Shown: positions 30,104-40,014, numbered from the stretch's first letter. The stretch: 64,000 bases of DNA from Candidatus Nanohalarchaeota archaeon (GCA_017610385.1 JAFCCC010000002.1:32001-96000); one strand, 5' to 3'. Made by a program: numbers and translations. Notes: generated by a model from the sequence alone, not told the origin.

Positions 30104-30388
30104 AACGCTTCGCAACCACGATCTAATTATGTATTATTTGTACGAAACTTAAATAAGTATATTGAACTTAGAATTTTTCTCTGCTTAAATGCCTGAAACA
30201 CAGAAGATTTTTGCAAAATGTAAACTTTAATTATGCATTTTCGTTTTAGTTTATTCCTTAATTATGTTTCTCCGGGAACAGTTCTAGTAAGAATTAGTTT
30301 CCTGTAGGAAAGTTATCTAAAAAGTACCACCAGGATAAGAATAGTTTAATCTCTGTCAAATGAGTCTATTCTAAACTGAATCCTCTTA

Positions 30389-32857
30389 TTACTTTTTCCC
30401 GACAAAAAAGTAACCAAAACCTGCAATTCCTAAGAATAAAGAGACCAAAATAATAGGACTCATTACAGGAACTTCTAATGGATCTCCACCACCAAACGGA
30501 GGATCTGCTAAATCGTCTAAAGTCGGTGTTGTTGTGGCTGTAACTGTAATAGTTATGCTTCCGTCTCCATTTAAAACTTGGTTAGAACATAGACCCCAAG
30601 ATTCAGTACCTTTATTCCACCAGTACATTTTACTTCCACCAGGATTCTGGAAAGTTATGTCTAGGCTAGTAATGCCTGGATCAACATATGGACCTGGTTC
30701 ATATTTTACATCAAAGAAGTTACTTGCACCAGAGAAAACTGCGCTATCTGTCCAAGGTCTATTTTGATAAGTTATTAAGTCAAGGTATCCGGTTCCTGCG
30801 CCAAAAGCTTCAACGGTAATTGAACCATCACCACTTGTTTCCGGAGTTCCTACCTCGATAAGCATTCTCTCTGGACCAAAACTGCCTTGCACTACTGCCG
30901 CACCCAACCAAGGTTCATAATCTACATTCGTGCTTACTGCATTGCCAGTACCCGAACCTTCTCCAGAGGGACCTGTATCAGAACCCCACCAATTGTTTTC
31001 TGCATTAACAAGTGGTCCGGTACTGGAAATTCCATAAACATCATTTCCGATAACATTATTGTACTTTGCAACAACAACGCTTGTATCTGTGGTACTATAA
31101 CCAACAGCAATTCCGGTAGTTGAATCTGAGATGGTGTCACCAATAATTGTAGCCTTTGTATTAGAACCCCAAGCGGTTGTAACCAATATCCCAGCGGAAG
31201 TTGAACCATCAACACTTGCTACGCCTTTACAATTAGTTATTGTACAACCCTCAACTTTTATATCTCCCTCATTTCCTACTTCAAATCCGTAATCAAGGAA
31301 ATCACCGATACCTTTTCCTGTGTAAGTACAATCTTTGATTAATGTTCGTGCATCTGGATTAAATGTAAAAACGCCGATTCTTTGTATATTTTCAAACGTA
31401 CAACCGAGTATTTCAACGTATTGACCATAATTATTGATTGCGCGACCGTGATATTGACTAGTATGTTTAATATTTCTAAAATCACAGTTTTCCACTTTGC
31501 CTCCAGTACTATCTACATGATAATGAATGGCTGTGCGGACATTTTTCCCGGTTCCGTCAAATATTAGATTCTGGAAAATTACGTTTGCTCCAGTTACTTG
31601 GAACCAGCCTCGACCATTTACACCAATTTCATTATTTAAACCAGTGTTTTCTGTTGGGGTGATTAGTGGTTTATTTGAAGAATCTCCCAGAATTGTTAAG
31701 TCTTTGTCAATTATACTAATTCCTTCGTTATACGTCCCTGCTGCAACATTAATCGTGTCATCATTAATTGCTTGCTCTATTGCATTCTGAATATACGTGT
31801 AATGATCATTTGTAACAGGCCATTCAACAGGTAAATACCAAATGTTTCCAGTTATTTCTGTATTAGGATCATTTGGATTTCTTTCAGAGGTATAAAACAA
31901 ATATGGACTTCCTAATGCATCTGTAAATCCTGTTGGCCACATATCAATCCAAACATTTGAACCATAACTGGCGCTAGTAATGTCAACCTCTGTGCCAGAA
32001 GACAATAACGTATTCAAAGAGGTGCCAGTTTTTGCTTTGATCCATTGTTTTGGACTCACCCAAGGAGCATAAGCTGCAACATACTTTGTGCCAATTTTGT
32101 AAATGGTTGGATCATAAGGTCCAGATTCTGTAGCAGAATCTATTTGATTCCACACGGCGCCACCCCACTGATAAATATCTTGGTCTCCGCTGTCTGCCCG
32201 AATAAAATAAAGATTGCTTCCTTCGCAGTAAAATTTGGCTGTCCCGTAATTATTGGTTATGTCATACTCAGAACTCCAACTAGTAGTATAATATTTTGAT
32301 TTCCAATTATTGCCTAATTGGTATGCAAACCACAGTTTATTATCACAATTAATTGCAGCAAAATGTGCTGCGCCATCTGCCAGCCCTAATTCAATTATAC
32401 TTTCGCTCCAAGTTACGCCACCATCATTACTAGACCATTGATATAAAGTCGCATCAGCACCTACATCTACAGAAGCATAAACCCTAACATATCCATTAAA
32501 ATATGCAGAATCTGTTTCTCCTTGATAAATATTTGCATTGTGCGGTACATCTATTCTCGTGGGGGTTGCTGTAGCCAAATTTGAAATTGTCGATGCTTTT
32601 TTATAATACAGTTCATAATCGTGCGTATCTGGATCAGTGGGATTAGGATTCCCATAATTTCCAGTTACAGTAGCAGAACGTCCATAAAATAGCCAATAAT
32701 TAGAACCATCATAAATTATAGATTGTCCTCGTTCATAATGTTCATTATTGGTAAGTTGAATAGGTTGACTTACGTCAATAGTCGCCGCATTTACTGTAGC
32801 AACCATGATTAGAAAAGAAAATAAAAAGAATACTGAAATTAGTTTTTTAGCTACCAT
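30389..32857 (-). CDS. Surface protein (beta-propeller-like N-domain, beta-helix) with a VPXXXP-CTERM sorting signal
   Basis: Signal peptide; BNR-like SNDGGVTW; IQNAI..TINVAAGTYNE and NAENNWWG beta-helix motifs; C-terminus VPVMSP-IILVSLFLGIAGFGYFFVG-KK. Confidence 0.85.
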   Translation of the reverse strand: MVAKKLISVFFLFSFLIMVATVNAATIDVSQPIQLTNNEHYERGQSIIYDGSNYWLFYGRSATVTGNYGNPNPTDPDTHDYELYYKKASTISNLATATPTRIDVPHNANIYQGETDSAYFNGYVRVYASVDVGADATLYQWSSNDGGVTWSESIIELGLADGAAHFAAINCDNKLWFAYQLGNNWKSKYYTTSWSSEYDITNNYGTAKFYCEGSNLYFIRADSGDQDIYQWGGAVWNQIDSATESGPYDPTIYKIGTKYVAAYAPWVSPKQWIKAKTGTSLNTLLSSGTEVDITSASYGSNVWIDMWPTGFTDALGSPYLFYTSERNPNDPNTEITGNIWYLPVEWPVTNDHYTYIQNAIEQAINDDTINVAAGTYNEGISIIDKDLTILGDSSNKPLITPTENTGLNNEIGVNGRGWFQVTGANVIFQNLIFDGTGKNVRTAIHYHVDSTGGKVENCDFRNIKHTSQYHGRAINNYGQYVEILGCTFENIQRIGVFTFNPDARTLIKDCTYTGKGIGDFLDYGFEVGNEGDIKVEGCTITNCKGVASVDGSTSAGILVTTAWGSNTKATIIGDTISDSTTGIAVGYSTTDTSVVVAKYNNVIGNDVYGISSTGPLVNAENNWWGSDTGPSGEGSGTGNAVSTNVDYEPWLGAAVVQGSFGPERMLIEVGTPETSGDGSITVEAFGAGTGYLDLITYQNRPWTDSAVFSGASNFFDVKYEPGPYVDPGITSLDITFQNPGGSKMYWWNKGTESWGLCSNQVLNGDGSITITVTATTTPTLDDLADPPFGGGDPLEVPVMSPIILVSLFLGIAGFGYFFVGKK

Positions 32858-33029
32858 TACCCCCATCAAATAAGTGTATTGTTTTTAGTGTTTAAAACTC
32901 TGTGTAAAGGATTCGTAGTGCGCGTAAGTTCTGCCTATATTATATATATAAGAACTTTTTGGTTCTAAATGAAATGAAGCTTCTCATAAAGTTTATATAC
33001 TGGGCAAGGCAGAAGTAATGTGATCAAAA

Positions 33030-33818
33030 ATGAATAGGAAATACATACCCTTATTTTTAGTTGTTTCATTATTGTGCGCAAGTTTTGTGGCCGCGGAAAA
33101 TACTAATGGAATGAATAATGTTGCTAATATGTCTAACACGACTACAAATGTAACTTCAGGAAATTCTGGGGCAAATGTAACTTCTGCTGTACCTCCTACT
33201 GCGATTGTAAATGCTACTGCTGTTTTAAATAGCACTAAAAAGCAAGTCAATACAAAAAATCAGACTCGTGAAAGAAACGAAAGTGCAATTAAAGCAATCA
33301 ATATTTCCAATATAAGAATAAAGGCGAAAACAGTAAGAGAGTATAGACAAATAATTCAAGAAAGAAAGCAAGTTATGAATCAAACTTTGATTGGGATAAG
33401 TGCCAGAAAAATAAAAATTTACAAAAATCAGAATCAGGTTAGGGAAGCTGTTCATAATCTGTTGGCTTTAGAAGATCTTGCAGGAGGAATAGGCAAGAAT
33501 ATCTCTAAAATTGCACGCGAATTTAATAATTCTGTTCAAAAAACCATAAACGCTGAAGAAAAAATTCAAAATAGAGCACCGTTATTGAGATTTTTTGCAG
33601 GTGGAAATAAAAAAGCAACTGAAGAACTGGAAGCAGAATTAACTCAAAACAGAATAAGAATGGAGAAATTAGTTCAATATCGGGAAAGACTTCAGCCAGA
33701 ATTAAAAGGGCTCTTAAATGAACAAATAACTCAGATTCAACAAGAACAAACTCGGTTAACTGAATTGGCACAAAAAGAGAAAAAGAGCAAGGGGATATTC
33801 GGTTGGCTCTGGAAGTAG
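33030..33818 (+). CDS. Secreted coiled-coil protein
   Basis: Signal peptide, N/T-rich linker, AVHNLL..GGIG..IA and GIFGWLWK terminus; GAAGTAATGTGA upstream. Confidence 0.75.
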   Translation: MNRKYIPLFLVVSLLCASFVAAENTNGMNNVANMSNTTTNVTSGNSGANVTSAVPPTAIVNATAVLNSTKKQVNTKNQTRERNESAIKAINISNIRIKAKTVREYRQIIQERKQVMNQTLIGISARKIKIYKNQNQVREAVHNLLALEDLAGGIGKNISKIAREFNNSVQKTINAEEKIQNRAPLLRFFAGGNKKATEELEAELTQNRIRMEKLVQYRERLQPELKGLLNEQITQIQQEQTRLTELAQKEKKSKGIFGWLWK

Positions 33819-33975
33819 ATTCAGCTCAATTTTTATTTCTTTAAGTTTTTATATTCTTTTAGTTAGTAGCCCATTGAGAATTAGTTCAATGCAATCATTT
33901 TCAAAAAGGTCTAAGTTTGTTAAGTATATTTAACATATGTAAAAGAGACTTTACACTCGTTTAAACAAGTTTGGG

Positions 33976-34830
33976 CTATTTTTTTAAACTTGTATATTTT
34001 TCTTCGATTTGTTTCTTGATCTGATCAGCCATGAATTCGCCACCGTAGAAATCAACCTTGGACAAAATAGTTAATTTATTTGCAACAAAACGAGCCATTG
34101 CACCTCTTTTTTCTTTTCTGATGCCATTTATTTTTGGATAAAGAAATAAAATGCCGTGTTTTGGTGCTTTTCCTTGTTCTTTTAGGTATCTAAAAAGGGC
34201 TTTTTCTGCACCCAAAACCTGAATAGTTGAAGAAGGCATTCTCGCTAATTTTTGCATAGACCCCGCCAGACTAAGTAAGTGGGCAGCTAAATTTTCGCCT
34301 AAAATATATGATACATTGGGCATAAGTTCTTTAGCAAGTTCTGAAACCTGTTTTTCTACTTCGTCATGAAGTTCTTTTAACTCTTTAATTTTGAATTCAA
34401 ATTTTCTTCCTACATAAGATGTTTCTTTAACATTTTTTAGAGCAAGTAATCTTTCTTTTAATGGGTTAATTGAATTGTCTAAAGCTTGTTGAAGTTTAAT
34501 CAACTCAATTAAATATAAATCTTCAGGTAATGACTCGTTAATTTTCAGAGAAGTATAATTTTGCGCTATTTTTTGTAGTTTATGATAATAATCTTTTTCA
34601 TTTTTCACTATGTTTTCCTGCAATGCAAAGGCTCTAAAATCGAAATCGCTATGATCAAGTTCTCTTATATTCGGATATTTTTTCACAAGGTCTTTCACAA
34701 AGTTGCTCTTTTTTAATAGAATTTTAGCTGCTTGTTCTGGTTCTTTCGGAAGTGGTTTGAATTCGTGAACTTTTCCCTTCTCATTAAAAACAAACGTACC
34801 AAGAAAATTTGTGAAGGATTTAAATTTCAT
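33976..34830 (-). CDS. nop5: Box C/D sRNP protein Nop5 (Nop56/58)
   Basis: MPN..LAGS..LARMPSSTIQVLGAEKALF..PKHGILF. Confidence 0.93.
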   Translation of the reverse strand: MKFKSFTNFLGTFVFNEKGKVHEFKPLPKEPEQAAKILLKKSNFVKDLVKKYPNIRELDHSDFDFRAFALQENIVKNEKDYYHKLQKIAQNYTSLKINESLPEDLYLIELIKLQQALDNSINPLKERLLALKNVKETSYVGRKFEFKIKELKELHDEVEKQVSELAKELMPNVSYILGENLAAHLLSLAGSMQKLARMPSSTIQVLGAEKALFRYLKEQGKAPKHGILFLYPKINGIRKEKRGAMARFVANKLTILSKVDFYGGEFMADQIKKQIEEKYTSLKK

Positions 34831-35005
34831 AAAAATAAATAAGATTAGAATTGTTTTAAATGCGTTTGTTCAAATGATAAATTATCTGAGTTTTGATGAA
34901 GTGAAAAATTCTCAGAAAAACTTTTCATAAAACTAAATTATATTGATTTTTTATATTTTTTAGTCTTTTGTAACTTTTTTATAATAGTCTCACCATAATA
35001 CTTTT

Positions 35006-35209
35006 ATGAATACTCTGAGCAGAATTATCACTGGAACTTTTATGATTATTTTAGGAATGTTTTTAATTGCGCTCGGTTTTTCTGAATGGAGTATATTGCT
35101 GTACGGAATTCCAAGTTTTGTTCTTGGAATTTTCATTCTTTTTCATAAAAATGAAGATTATATTGAAAAAATAAAAACTAAACCATATGGAGGTAAAAAA
35201 ATAAAATGA
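35006..35209 (+). CDS. Small two-TM membrane protein
   Basis: Two hydrophobic helices followed by NEDYIEKIK; overlaps the next gene. Confidence 0.7.
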   Translation: MNTLSRIITGTFMIILGMFLIALGFSEWSILLYGIPSFVLGIFILFHKNEDYIEKIKTKPYGGKKIK

Positions 35210-35529
35210 CAGATATACTAGTTACAACAGGAAATGAAGCTCCTGGAAAGAAAATCATTAAGATCCTTGGCATCGTCAAAGGAAGTACAGTAAGAGCAAG
35301 AAATATTGGTAGAGATATTGGTGCAGGATTTAAAAGTCTCGTCGGAGGAGAAGTAAAAACATATACCGGTATGACTAAAAATGCAAGAGATGAAGCATAT
35401 AATAGAATGGTTAATGAAGCAATAGATATGAATGCTGATGCAATTATTGGTGTTCGATTTGCAACTTCGATGGTAATGCAGGGCGCTTCTGAAATGCTTG
35501 CATACGGAACTGCAGTTAAACTTAATTAG
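35206..35529 (+). CDS. YbjQ/UPF0145 family protein
   Basis: LGIVKGSTVRARNIGRDIGAG..GGE..YT..ADAIIGVRF..AYGTAV. Confidence 0.92.
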   Translation: MTDILVTTGNEAPGKKIIKILGIVKGSTVRARNIGRDIGAGFKSLVGGEVKTYTGMTKNARDEAYNRMVNEAIDMNADAIIGVRFATSMVMQGASEMLAYGTAVKLN

Positions 35530-35599
35530 AAATAAGGAGATTCAAGAACTCTATTCTTGAAACGAGGAGTTTTCGATAAGAGTTCCATAATAATAAAAA

Positions 35600-36502
35600 T
35601 TATTCATTAGAATATTCGTAATTCAAAACCAAATCTCCTTGATTATTTCTTATAAAAATAGTATCTTTTGCGTTATTCCAGACAGCATTGCACTGTCTTC
35701 CACTGCTGCACCAGTAAAGGCTTTTCTGTGCGTCTATACCACAGCCAGTATACAGAGTTACTTCTGAGTTGCTTTCGAGAACAAAATTTGGGAATACATA
35801 GGGATCTCTTGAAGTTTCATCTGTAACTCTCCAACCAGTTATATCATATGAAAAGCCACAACTATTTTTTAAAGTAATATATTCATCATTTAAATTGTTA
35901 CAGTCGTTTCCTTCTGCATTGGCGTGTATGTAGAAAATTCCAATACAAGTATCTGGTGAAGCGCCTTCCCAAATACATCCTTGTTGTTTTTGCGCTGTGT
36001 TCTCTGCTTCTTCTAATTCTTTTTCATATTTTGTATTAGGAGAAATTATGAATACTGTGGCTAGGCCTTCTTCCACAAGTTTAATGTTGATATTCTTGTT
36101 ATTTAAGAAAATGTAGCGTAAAAGTCTTCCATATTGATCTTTCGTATTCTCATCTGTTTCTAATCGTACTTCTTTGTTTTTTATTAACTCTTCCAATCTT
36201 TTTTTGGCTTCGTTATAACATTTTTGCCCTCTTTCAGGAGTATTTATCCCTAAAAGTCTTATTCTTTCTCCTGTTTCAATTTCTATTGTATCTCCATCTA
36301 TTATTCTTATCACAAAGGCTTTTTCAGCAGGGATCGTTTCAGAAAAATTGTTCTTAGCTATTATGTACCCTTTAGGACCATTCTGACCTTCGTTTGGAGT
36401 AGACCCCTTAATCAAAAAACCAATCAAAATTCCAATTAAAAGCATTAATAAGAAAGAGGCTGTTAAAATGCTTGTTTGTTTTCTGAATAACTTTTTCTTC
36501 AT
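35600..36502 (-). CDS. Membrane-anchored thermonuclease (SNase) fused to a lamin-tail domain
   Basis: IIDGDTI..RIRLLGINTPE..DQYGRLLRY; C-terminal NDEYITLKN..VWNNAKD. Confidence 0.9.
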   Translation of the reverse strand: MKKKLFRKQTSILTASFLLMLLIGILIGFLIKGSTPNEGQNGPKGYIIAKNNFSETIPAEKAFVIRIIDGDTIEIETGERIRLLGINTPERGQKCYNEAKKRLEELIKNKEVRLETDENTKDQYGRLLRYIFLNNKNINIKLVEEGLATVFIISPNTKYEKELEEAENTAQKQQGCIWEGASPDTCIGIFYIHANAEGNDCNNLNDEYITLKNSCGFSYDITGWRVTDETSRDPYVFPNFVLESNSEVTLYTGCGIDAQKSLYWCSSGRQCNAVWNNAKDTIFIRNNQGDLVLNYEYSNE

Positions 36503-36832
36503 TGTGTATTATTTTATTACTTTTGTTATTCATACGTGTTTTGGTAGAAAGTAAAAATTTAAAATCCTGTATTTGCTATAGGTCTTGCTAGCGTTTGCGA
36601 TCTTTGCATGACTACTCAAGCAATTGAAAATCATCCTAAAACTCGTTTTAAATAATGAATAAAATCGGCTTTGCCCATTAAGTCCTAAAAACGATTGACT
36701 TTTTGTGCAGGATGGATTTTTGCATAAAAAGTCATAGATTTCTATCGGAACGCCTCAGATACCTCTCAACTTGCATTTGAGTTAGAAACTGTTTGAACTA
36801 GGAATCTATCCAGAATTTTAAATATCTTTTAA

Positions 36833-37051
36833 GTGGATTTAAGGTATATGGAAGAAGAATTCTTAGAGCATTATCACAAACGAAGTAACGTAGAATCAAT
36901 AATGTACAGGATTAAATCTAAGTTTGGAGATGGGTTGTTGAGTAAAACTAAAACTGCACAGAGTAATGAGCTTTTGGCTAAAGTTCTGTGTCATAATATT
37001 TGTGTAGTTATCCCGGAGTTGTTTGAGTTGGGTATAAAACCCAACCTTTAG
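36833..37051 (+). pseudogene. IS5/IS903-group transposase C-terminal fragment
   Basis: HYHKRSNVESIMYRIKSKFG..AQSNE..CHN (Y-x2-R-x3-E-x6-K); N-terminal part absent. Confidence 0.85.
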
Positions 37052-37134
37052 GATTTTTTATCGAGACGCACATAAACCTACCGCGTAAATCATTTACATC
37101 AGCTTTTTATCATTTTATACCGCTATATTAATTA

Positions 37135-38490
37135 ATGAAGATTGAGTTAAAACAAAAATTTGACTGTAAAAAAATAATTAAAGAATTAGATTGCTTGGTG
37201 AAATGTGCAGTTTCTCTTTTTGATGATTTTTCTTCTTGTCGCATCAATTCGATTCGCAATTCAAAGAAACTACAAAAACTTGAAACTATACTTCTTATAC
37301 ATTTTCTAGAAAAAACGAACTTTGAAAGCGTATTTGACAATATGAAAGCCAGTTATATCTATACGGATATTGTGGGTCACAATATATTTCATCACTTACT
37401 TTGTAATTTAGGTAAAAAGCAAATGGAACCTACCTTATCTAATTTACTTTTAGTTTGTGAAGAGAGTTTTAAGCAAATACGTCGCAAGCGCCCAAAAAAG
37501 TACAGTTATTATTTACCAACCAGAATTGAACTCGAGTTATCCAAAGGAAAAAAGAGCTACTTAAAAAAAATATTGAAAAATAAAATAGGCATAGAGATTA
37601 GTAGACCCTCTAAAAAACTTTTAGAAAGTATGCACCGCCCAAACCTCAAGGAATTATTTGATACTCGGCAAACAATTTTAAAATTAGAGGTACGAGCAAG
37701 AGATTACGCGTACGTTAATAAAATTTTGGATAGAAAAGTTTTAGCATTAATTGGTGCACTCGCCTTTACTATTAGTTACCAGAATAATCCGCTCATAGGG
37801 TTTCACGCGCCTAATAAATCTGAAATTCTAACTACCCCATTAGAAGATTATATTGTTATTGTAGAAGATGATGAAACTGTTGTTTATCCCGCGTCATCGA
37901 TACATTCCGTATTGCGGCGGGTGGTGGATAAAGATATTAGATCGGTTGGTAAATCCTTTTGGATAATTCACGACAGAGAGACTGGCAATTATAAATTTTT
38001 TAAGAAAATTTTAAACCTCTTAGCCAACCAGACACCAAAAATAAGATCAATAACTGAGAGTAAATTGAAACTTTATTTAGATGCAGTCACTGAAAAACAA
38101 CTAGAAATATCTTTTTTGAAATTTTGGGTAATTATAGAAAGCACAATAAAACTAAAAAATAAGAAACGCGGCGCAGTTGTGGTATCCTCCCTTAAAAAAT
38201 TACTTGCTGAAAAAGAATTAGAACCCTTGATAGATTCTTTATATGCAAAACGAAATTTACTAGTTCATGAATTTGAGGCAGATTATATTTCTCAACAAGA
38301 TAGGAGTTTAGTAAAGATTTTTGTAGATAAAATCATGTTATTTTTAATTGACCAACCCATAAAACTGCGGAATCCACAAGAATTAAAAATGTGGATAGAT
38401 AACGCATTTTTTTCAGATGAGGAGCTTATTAAAAGAAAAGATATTATAACTAAACTCCTTAAAAAAAGATTAAGTTCTAAAAATGGTTAA
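37135..38490 (+). CDS. HEPN domain protein (ApeA/MAE-like), cargo of the element
   Basis: C-terminal FLKFWVIIES...LYAKRNLLVHE (R-x4-H). Confidence 0.7.
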   Translation: MKIELKQKFDCKKIIKELDCLVKCAVSLFDDFSSCRINSIRNSKKLQKLETILLIHFLEKTNFESVFDNMKASYIYTDIVGHNIFHHLLCNLGKKQMEPTLSNLLLVCEESFKQIRRKRPKKYSYYLPTRIELELSKGKKSYLKKILKNKIGIEISRPSKKLLESMHRPNLKELFDTRQTILKLEVRARDYAYVNKILDRKVLALIGALAFTISYQNNPLIGFHAPNKSEILTTPLEDYIVIVEDDETVVYPASSIHSVLRRVVDKDIRSVGKSFWIIHDRETGNYKFFKKILNLLANQTPKIRSITESKLKLYLDAVTEKQLEISFLKFWVIIESTIKLKNKKRGAVVVSSLKKLLAEKELEPLIDSLYAKRNLLVHEFEADYISQQDRSLVKIFVDKIMLFLIDQPIKLRNPQELKMWIDNAFFSDEELIKRKDIITKLLKKRLSSKNG

Positions 38491-38694
38491 CTTCTTGTAT
38501 AAATCCAGTCATTAGGTTTTTATAATTTTGCAACAAACTATTACTATGATAAATATTATATCATTTATACTGGGTGGGTTTTCTATTTATTGTCTGTCTA
38601 TACTTACAGTGTGGGTTATAAGACAAATAGGGGATATCTCACCAAAAGATAGATTCTGAACCTAACTTTAATATTAGGTCTTTTTGAAGGGGTT

Positions 38695-39190
38695 ATGTTG
38701 AAAATAGATGTCGTTGCCAAGACGAATGATGGAACTCTTTATTCTATTATGGGTATCAGTTTCTCAAAAAAAGGAGATTTATACGTTTTTGATAAGGCGA
38801 AGGGGGGCGGCAAAGAAGTTTCATTATTCAATTCATCCTAGTGGTAAAATACACCTCAAACTAAATTGTAGAGATGTTGTTTTAAGATGAATTAGCAAGA
38901 TACCAATTCAACAGTTTAAAATACCCTGGACTTTAGGAAGTAAGCTTCTTGACATAAATGAGATTTCAGAGAAATATAAGGTATATAATTCTAGAAAAAA
39001 TAGAGATAGTTTTTTGGTGGACTTAACAAAATATCCTTATAAGAGGGTGTTGATGCAAATAACTCTTTTGACACGAAAAGTTCTGTTAGACTTTCAAAAA
39101 CAATATAAATATTATGAAAAGTCACAAGTTTATACTTTTGAAAATCAGCACATACATGTTGCACTATCTGTAAAAACCTACCCTAAATAA
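38695..39190 (+). pseudogene. Disrupted cargo gene with an HxSxHxSGxxH motif
   Basis: ATG 38695 (GAAGGGG SD); +1 shift near the A7/G6 runs (38766-38807); in-frame TGA at 38888-38890; the frame then stays open to TAA 39190. Confidence 0.55.
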
Positions 39191-39279
39191 ATACTTTTTG
39201 TGCAGAAGGCACTTTATGTGCAACGCCAATAAAATCAAAACCTTTATATGCTTAAAGCACTCAGTTCTTTCAGATTAAT

Positions 39280-39477
39280 ATGGGAAATGTAAGACCAAAT
39301 TTCATTAAGAGAATTGCAGAAGAAATGATTAAAGAGAATAAAGACGTTTTTACAGGAGATTTTGAGAAAAACAAAAAGATTCTTAATGAATTGGACGTTT
39401 TAGACTCAAAAGGATTACGAAACAGAATTGCTGGTCAAATTGTCAGAGATGTTTTGAATAAGAAATATCAAAACTAG
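39280..39477 (+). CDS. rps17e: 30S ribosomal protein S17e
   Basis: MGNVRPNFIKR..FTGDFEKNK..SKGLRNRIAG. Confidence 0.96.
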   Translation: MGNVRPNFIKRIAEEMIKENKDVFTGDFEKNKKILNELDVLDSKGLRNRIAGQIVRDVLNKKYQN

Positions 39478-39540
39478 TTTTCCTTTTTTTTAAATCTAAA
39501 TTTTCTTTAAAAGTCAAATTTTTCTTTAGAATTCAAATAA

Positions 39541-40014
39541 TTAACACCCGTATTTCCGTGCCCATTCTGAATCTCCAAAATCGCTTCGTTCACAATAATA
39601 AGTTAATATTTCTGCAAGCCCTTTTTTAAGTAACTGTTCGTTCAAGTTGATGCCTTTACAATAAATAACACCAATTCTTCGATCATAAGACATTTCTTGC
39701 TGTTTATCAATTAAAACTGTTGCAATACCTCCTATATTGCAAAGATCATGAGCTAATTTCGTTCCAGCCGCTTTAATTTCACCTTTTTCTGGAGTATTAA
39801 CTAAAGATAATCTTATTGGTATTTCGCAAACTTCTAAAGTATCTCCATCTCTAATTTGTGTAACGGGCCCCTTAATGTACTCTTCCGTAACAACACAATC
39901 TTGATTTTTTAGTGAACTAGTAAAAACAAATGCCACAACAAAAATCATAAACCCAAGAAATATTATCAATAATATTTTTACTGTTTCTTTCCATGGTATT
40001 TTTTGGAATTTCAT
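39541..40014 (-). CDS. Membrane-anchored thermonuclease (SNase) family protein
   Basis: N-terminal TM; DGDTL..IRLSLVNTPE..YDRRIG..LNEQLL..GLA. Confidence 0.85.
   Translation of the reverse strand: MKFQKIPWKETVKILLIIFLGFMIFVVAFVFTSSLKNQDCVVTEEYIKGPVTQIRDGDTLEVCEIPIRLSLVNTPEKGEIKAAGTKLAHDLCNIGGIATVLIDKQQEMSYDRRIGVIYCKGINLNEQLLKKGLAEILTYYCERSDFGDSEWARKYGC

Larger units (their letters stand above)
36667..39227 (+). mobile_element. Non-autonomous IS5-family (IS903-group-like) element carrying cargo
   Basis: TIRs GGCTTTGCCCATTAAGTCC and (reverse complement) GGCGTTGCACATAAAGTGC, 15/19 identical. 9-bp TSD AATAAAATC at 36658-36666 and 39228-39236. Confidence 0.85.

Noticed and set aside
29007-30255. 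TTTAGTTTATT repeat flanking the peptidase module
   Set aside because: An 11-bp AT-rich match, expected by chance.
33833-34005. Possible duplicated nop5 3' end
   Set aside because: Low identity and A/T-run dominated, with nothing clear enclosed.
34874-34916. Box C/D-like motifs (ATGATAA..CTGA..TGATGA..CTCA) upstream of nop5
   Set aside because: The first guide is only 5 nt, the C and D boxes are degenerate, and it lies on the strand opposite to the nop5 mRNA.
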